DNA of 63,980 bases, counting the filler, from Octopus bimaculoides (Eukaryota), in NCBI RefSeq assembly GCF_001194135.2. It is 4 parts of 4 records of this genome, joined end to end, with 100 filler letters (N's around TTAATTAATTAA, not from the genome) between each part and the next. Parts side by side here need not be neighbours in the genome. Positions count along the whole stretch, not along the records: positions 50,451 to 63,980 come from NC_068984.1; 3 more parts are not named here. One strand, given 5' to 3'. Every line of letters starts with the position of its first letter. The first letter of the stretch is position 1. Positions 60,952-63,980 of this stretch are shown in pieces. Under the pieces are notes generated by a model that was not told where the DNA came from, ran no database searches, and saw only the letters and a list, made by a program, of their open reading frames with translations. The position numbers were made by a program, and so were the translations under genes.

Positions 60952-63900
60952 GTGTGTGCATGTAATTAAAAGATTTGTTTTATATGTGCTAACTGAACAG
61001 AGCACTCAGCAGGATTGCAGAGTCCAATATTCATAATGCACCTGATTACCAATCACTTCGAAATATATATATATATATATATATATANNNNNNNNNNNNN
61101 NNNNNNNNNNNNNNNNNNNNNNNNNNNNNNNNNNNNNNNNNNNNNNNNNNNNNNNNNNNNNNNNNNNNNNNNNNNNNNNNNNNNNNNNNNNNNNNNNNNN
61201 NNNNNNNNNNNNNNNNNNNNNNNNNNNNNNNNNNNNNNNNNNNNNNNNNNNNNNNNNNNNNNNNNNNNNNNNNNNNNNNNNNNNNNNNNNNNNNNNNNNN
61301 NNNNNNNNNNNNNNNNNNNNNNNNNNNNNNNNNNNNNNNNNNNNNNNNNNNNNNNNNNNNNNNNNNNNNNNNNNNNNNNNNNNNNNNNNNNNNNNNNNNN
61401 NNNNNNNNNNNNNNNNNNNNNNNNNNNNNNNNNNNNNNNNNNNNNNNNNNNNNNNNNNNNNNNNNNNNNNNNNNNNNNNNNNNNNNNNNNNNNNNNNNNN
61501 NNNNNNNNNNNNNNNNNNNNNNNNNNNNNNNNNNNNNNNNNNNNNNNNNNNNNNNNNNNNNNNNNNNNNNNNNNNNNNNNNNNNNNNNNNNNNNNNNNNN
61601 NNNNNNNNNNNNNNNNNNNNNNNNNNNNNNNNNNNNNNNNNNNNNNNNNNNNNNNNNNNNNNNNNNNNNNNNNNNNNNNNNNNNNNNNNNNNNNNNNNNN
61701 NNNNNNNNNNNNNNNNNNNNNNNNNNNNNNNNNNNNNNNNNNNNNNNNNNNNNNNNNNNNNNNNNNNNNNNNNNNNNNNNNNNNNNNNNNNNNNNNNNNN
61801 NNNNNNNNNNNNNNNNNNNNNNNNNNNNNNNNNNNNNNNNNNNNNNNNNNNNNNNNNNNNNNNNNNNNNNNNNNNNNNNNNNNNNNNNNNNNNNNNNNNN
61901 NNNNNNNNNNNNNNNNNNNNNNNNNNNNNNNNNNNNNNNNNNNNNGTGTGCAATAACTGTGAATAAATCACAATTATAACGGAGAGGGTTAAAAACGCTT
62001 ACAGGCCTAGAAATACTATACAAAAACCGCCATAAAGCCACTATAAACTTCATATAATTTCTCCGAAACCATAAATGATGTCGGCGAGCGGCATGACATA
62101 AAATTCAAAACCTAAATAAAAATAGAAGGTTAGTCTTCTATTGCAATTTCGAAGTCAGGAACTAAAAGTGAATCCATTTGCTCTTCAGAAGACCATTTCT
62201 GTACATAGGTTTTTACACAAAAAAACATACCTTTGGGTTTAACACGTGTCTCGACCGACAAGAATATATATATATGAAGAAGAATGCAACTAGGGCTCAA
62301 AATTCAGAACAAGTGTTTCGGGAATGTTTCATTGAAGCATTCTTAGATTACTCCATAACGAAAACTTGATATCATTAGATAAATCTTAAACGGAGCAACA
62401 TGCAAGATAAAACCAGAAAATGAACCGTGGATCAACTACCATGATGTACAAGTCACTTACATACATACATACTGACAGACAGACAGACTTGTATGCATAT
62501 ATGTATCTTTGTATGTATGGGTGTAATGAATTGATCAAATTGTTTAGAAAGATTTATTTTTACGTTTTCATCACAATGATCAATAGATTCCGTTTGTTGC
62601 TGTCCCAATGTGTATATTCAATGAAAATATCTCGGTTCTATTGTAATATGAGGATGTGGAGTTCTAACCAATCAACAAGTTTTAAAACTCGAATTTAAAA
62701 TGAGATAATCAAATTTCATGAACATTATAAATATTACGCATCTGATAATACGAATTCTAATTGTTTTAAATGACATTTTCATGGAAAAGCTCATTACGTT
62801 TTATATTTGTAATTTCCTTGTTTCAATAATAATAGAAAACATAATTGTGTAAAATTGAAAATTATGTTCAATTGTTTCATTTATTCTTCGTTCTTCTTTG
62901 ATGAGCTTTGATATTTTACATCATATTATGCAACTCCCTTATCACAAATATGACTCAAAATGGCGCAGAGTCAAAATGACAAATGTACATGATACATTTT
63001 CTTTTCGTGAGTTATTTCAATCACGAACTAATTCACATCATGATTTAACCTTATCGTTCTCAAAGGATTTTCAGGAATCATTTCGTTTTTTACTGTCATA
63101 TAAATTTAGTTGAATTGTCAGAGTTTAAATTTTGCAAAAATAAAAAAAAAATTTAAACCAGCGATTTAATTAATTTAAACTTGCTGGATAATTATGTGGT
63201 AAAGAAGTATTTTTGATTTCTTTATCGTTAACTTATTTTATAATTTTATCTAGTTTCCTTAAGAACATAGCACCCAGATAATTTTGATAAACAATTTAAG
63301 AAATATAAAATCTTGATAGATAACAAGGTTTCCTAAATAATTTTTAAGACTGATAGAAGCTTAACTACGATTTCTAAAATGTTGGCATTCAAGTGATTTC
63401 AACACGTTTGTTTTTTCACTTTCTTGATATCACCTGCAGATATTGCGATGACAGAAATGACGTCGAATAGAGATTTATGTTGCTATTCGCATTGAATGTC
63501 TCTAATGCAAATTTGAATATATAAAACAACTGTACACCGGTGAAAAATTATGTATACTTAACCTTCATATCGTTGTTAGTGTCAGGTCACAAAGCAATTA
63601 CGATAAAAATGTCGAATTTCCTTTGCAGTAAGGGAGCGTTTAATTCTAACTAATCAAAAATTGATAAAACAGAAATCTAAAGTCAGATAATTAAATTTCA
63701 TGAACATGATAAATATAATACCTCAGATAATATCAATTTTAAATTTATAAATGGTATTTCATACAACACCTTATTAACTTTTTAGCTTTGAAAATCTTTA
63801 CTCTTTCATAATTAAAAAAATATATATAATTCTGTAAAACTGAAAAAATCCTTTAGATTGTTTTAGTTTTATTTCATTTTTCTTTGAAGGGCGTTTCCCG

Positions 63901-63980
63901 TTTGCCTCATATTTTACAAATCCGTCATGTTGAATATTGCGAAAAATATGGCTCAGGGTTAGAATGACAAATGTTTAAGA

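Overview
AT-rich, gap-ridden eukaryotic scaffold made almost entirely of microsatellites and decayed transposable elements. The repeat make-up points to a coleoid cephalopod, probably Octopus (inference). I found no intact host protein-coding gene: nearly all supplied ORFs are microsatellite translations, run through N gaps, or are transposon fragments. Recognisable elements are: about 16 copies of one tRNA-derived SINE with interchangeable 3' tails; two CORE-like SINE families; three divergent R4/Dong LINE 3' ends on (TAA)n arrays plus an R4-type RT fragment; a ~500-bp non-coding element that twice sits directly downstream of a Dong 3' end; four mariner remnants and one maT/DD37D-like remnant; an intact 357-bp hAT (Buster-type) MITE with a perfect 8-bp TSD; and Penelope-like (PLE) RT and GIY-YIG fragments. 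The most interesting signal is a set of type I hammerhead-ribozyme motifs, read by eye and unrelated outside the catalytic core. One looks intact (18546-18591). Two lie head-to-head in a ~290-bp spacerless palindrome (37213-37505), where each arm carries different lesions and the consensus is canonical. Others are decayed (15230, 21498, 39032). The 44N-TTAATTAATTAA-44N spacers and the duplications flanking 10-N gaps are assembly artefacts. All alignments and translations were done by hand, so boundaries of decayed elements are approximate.
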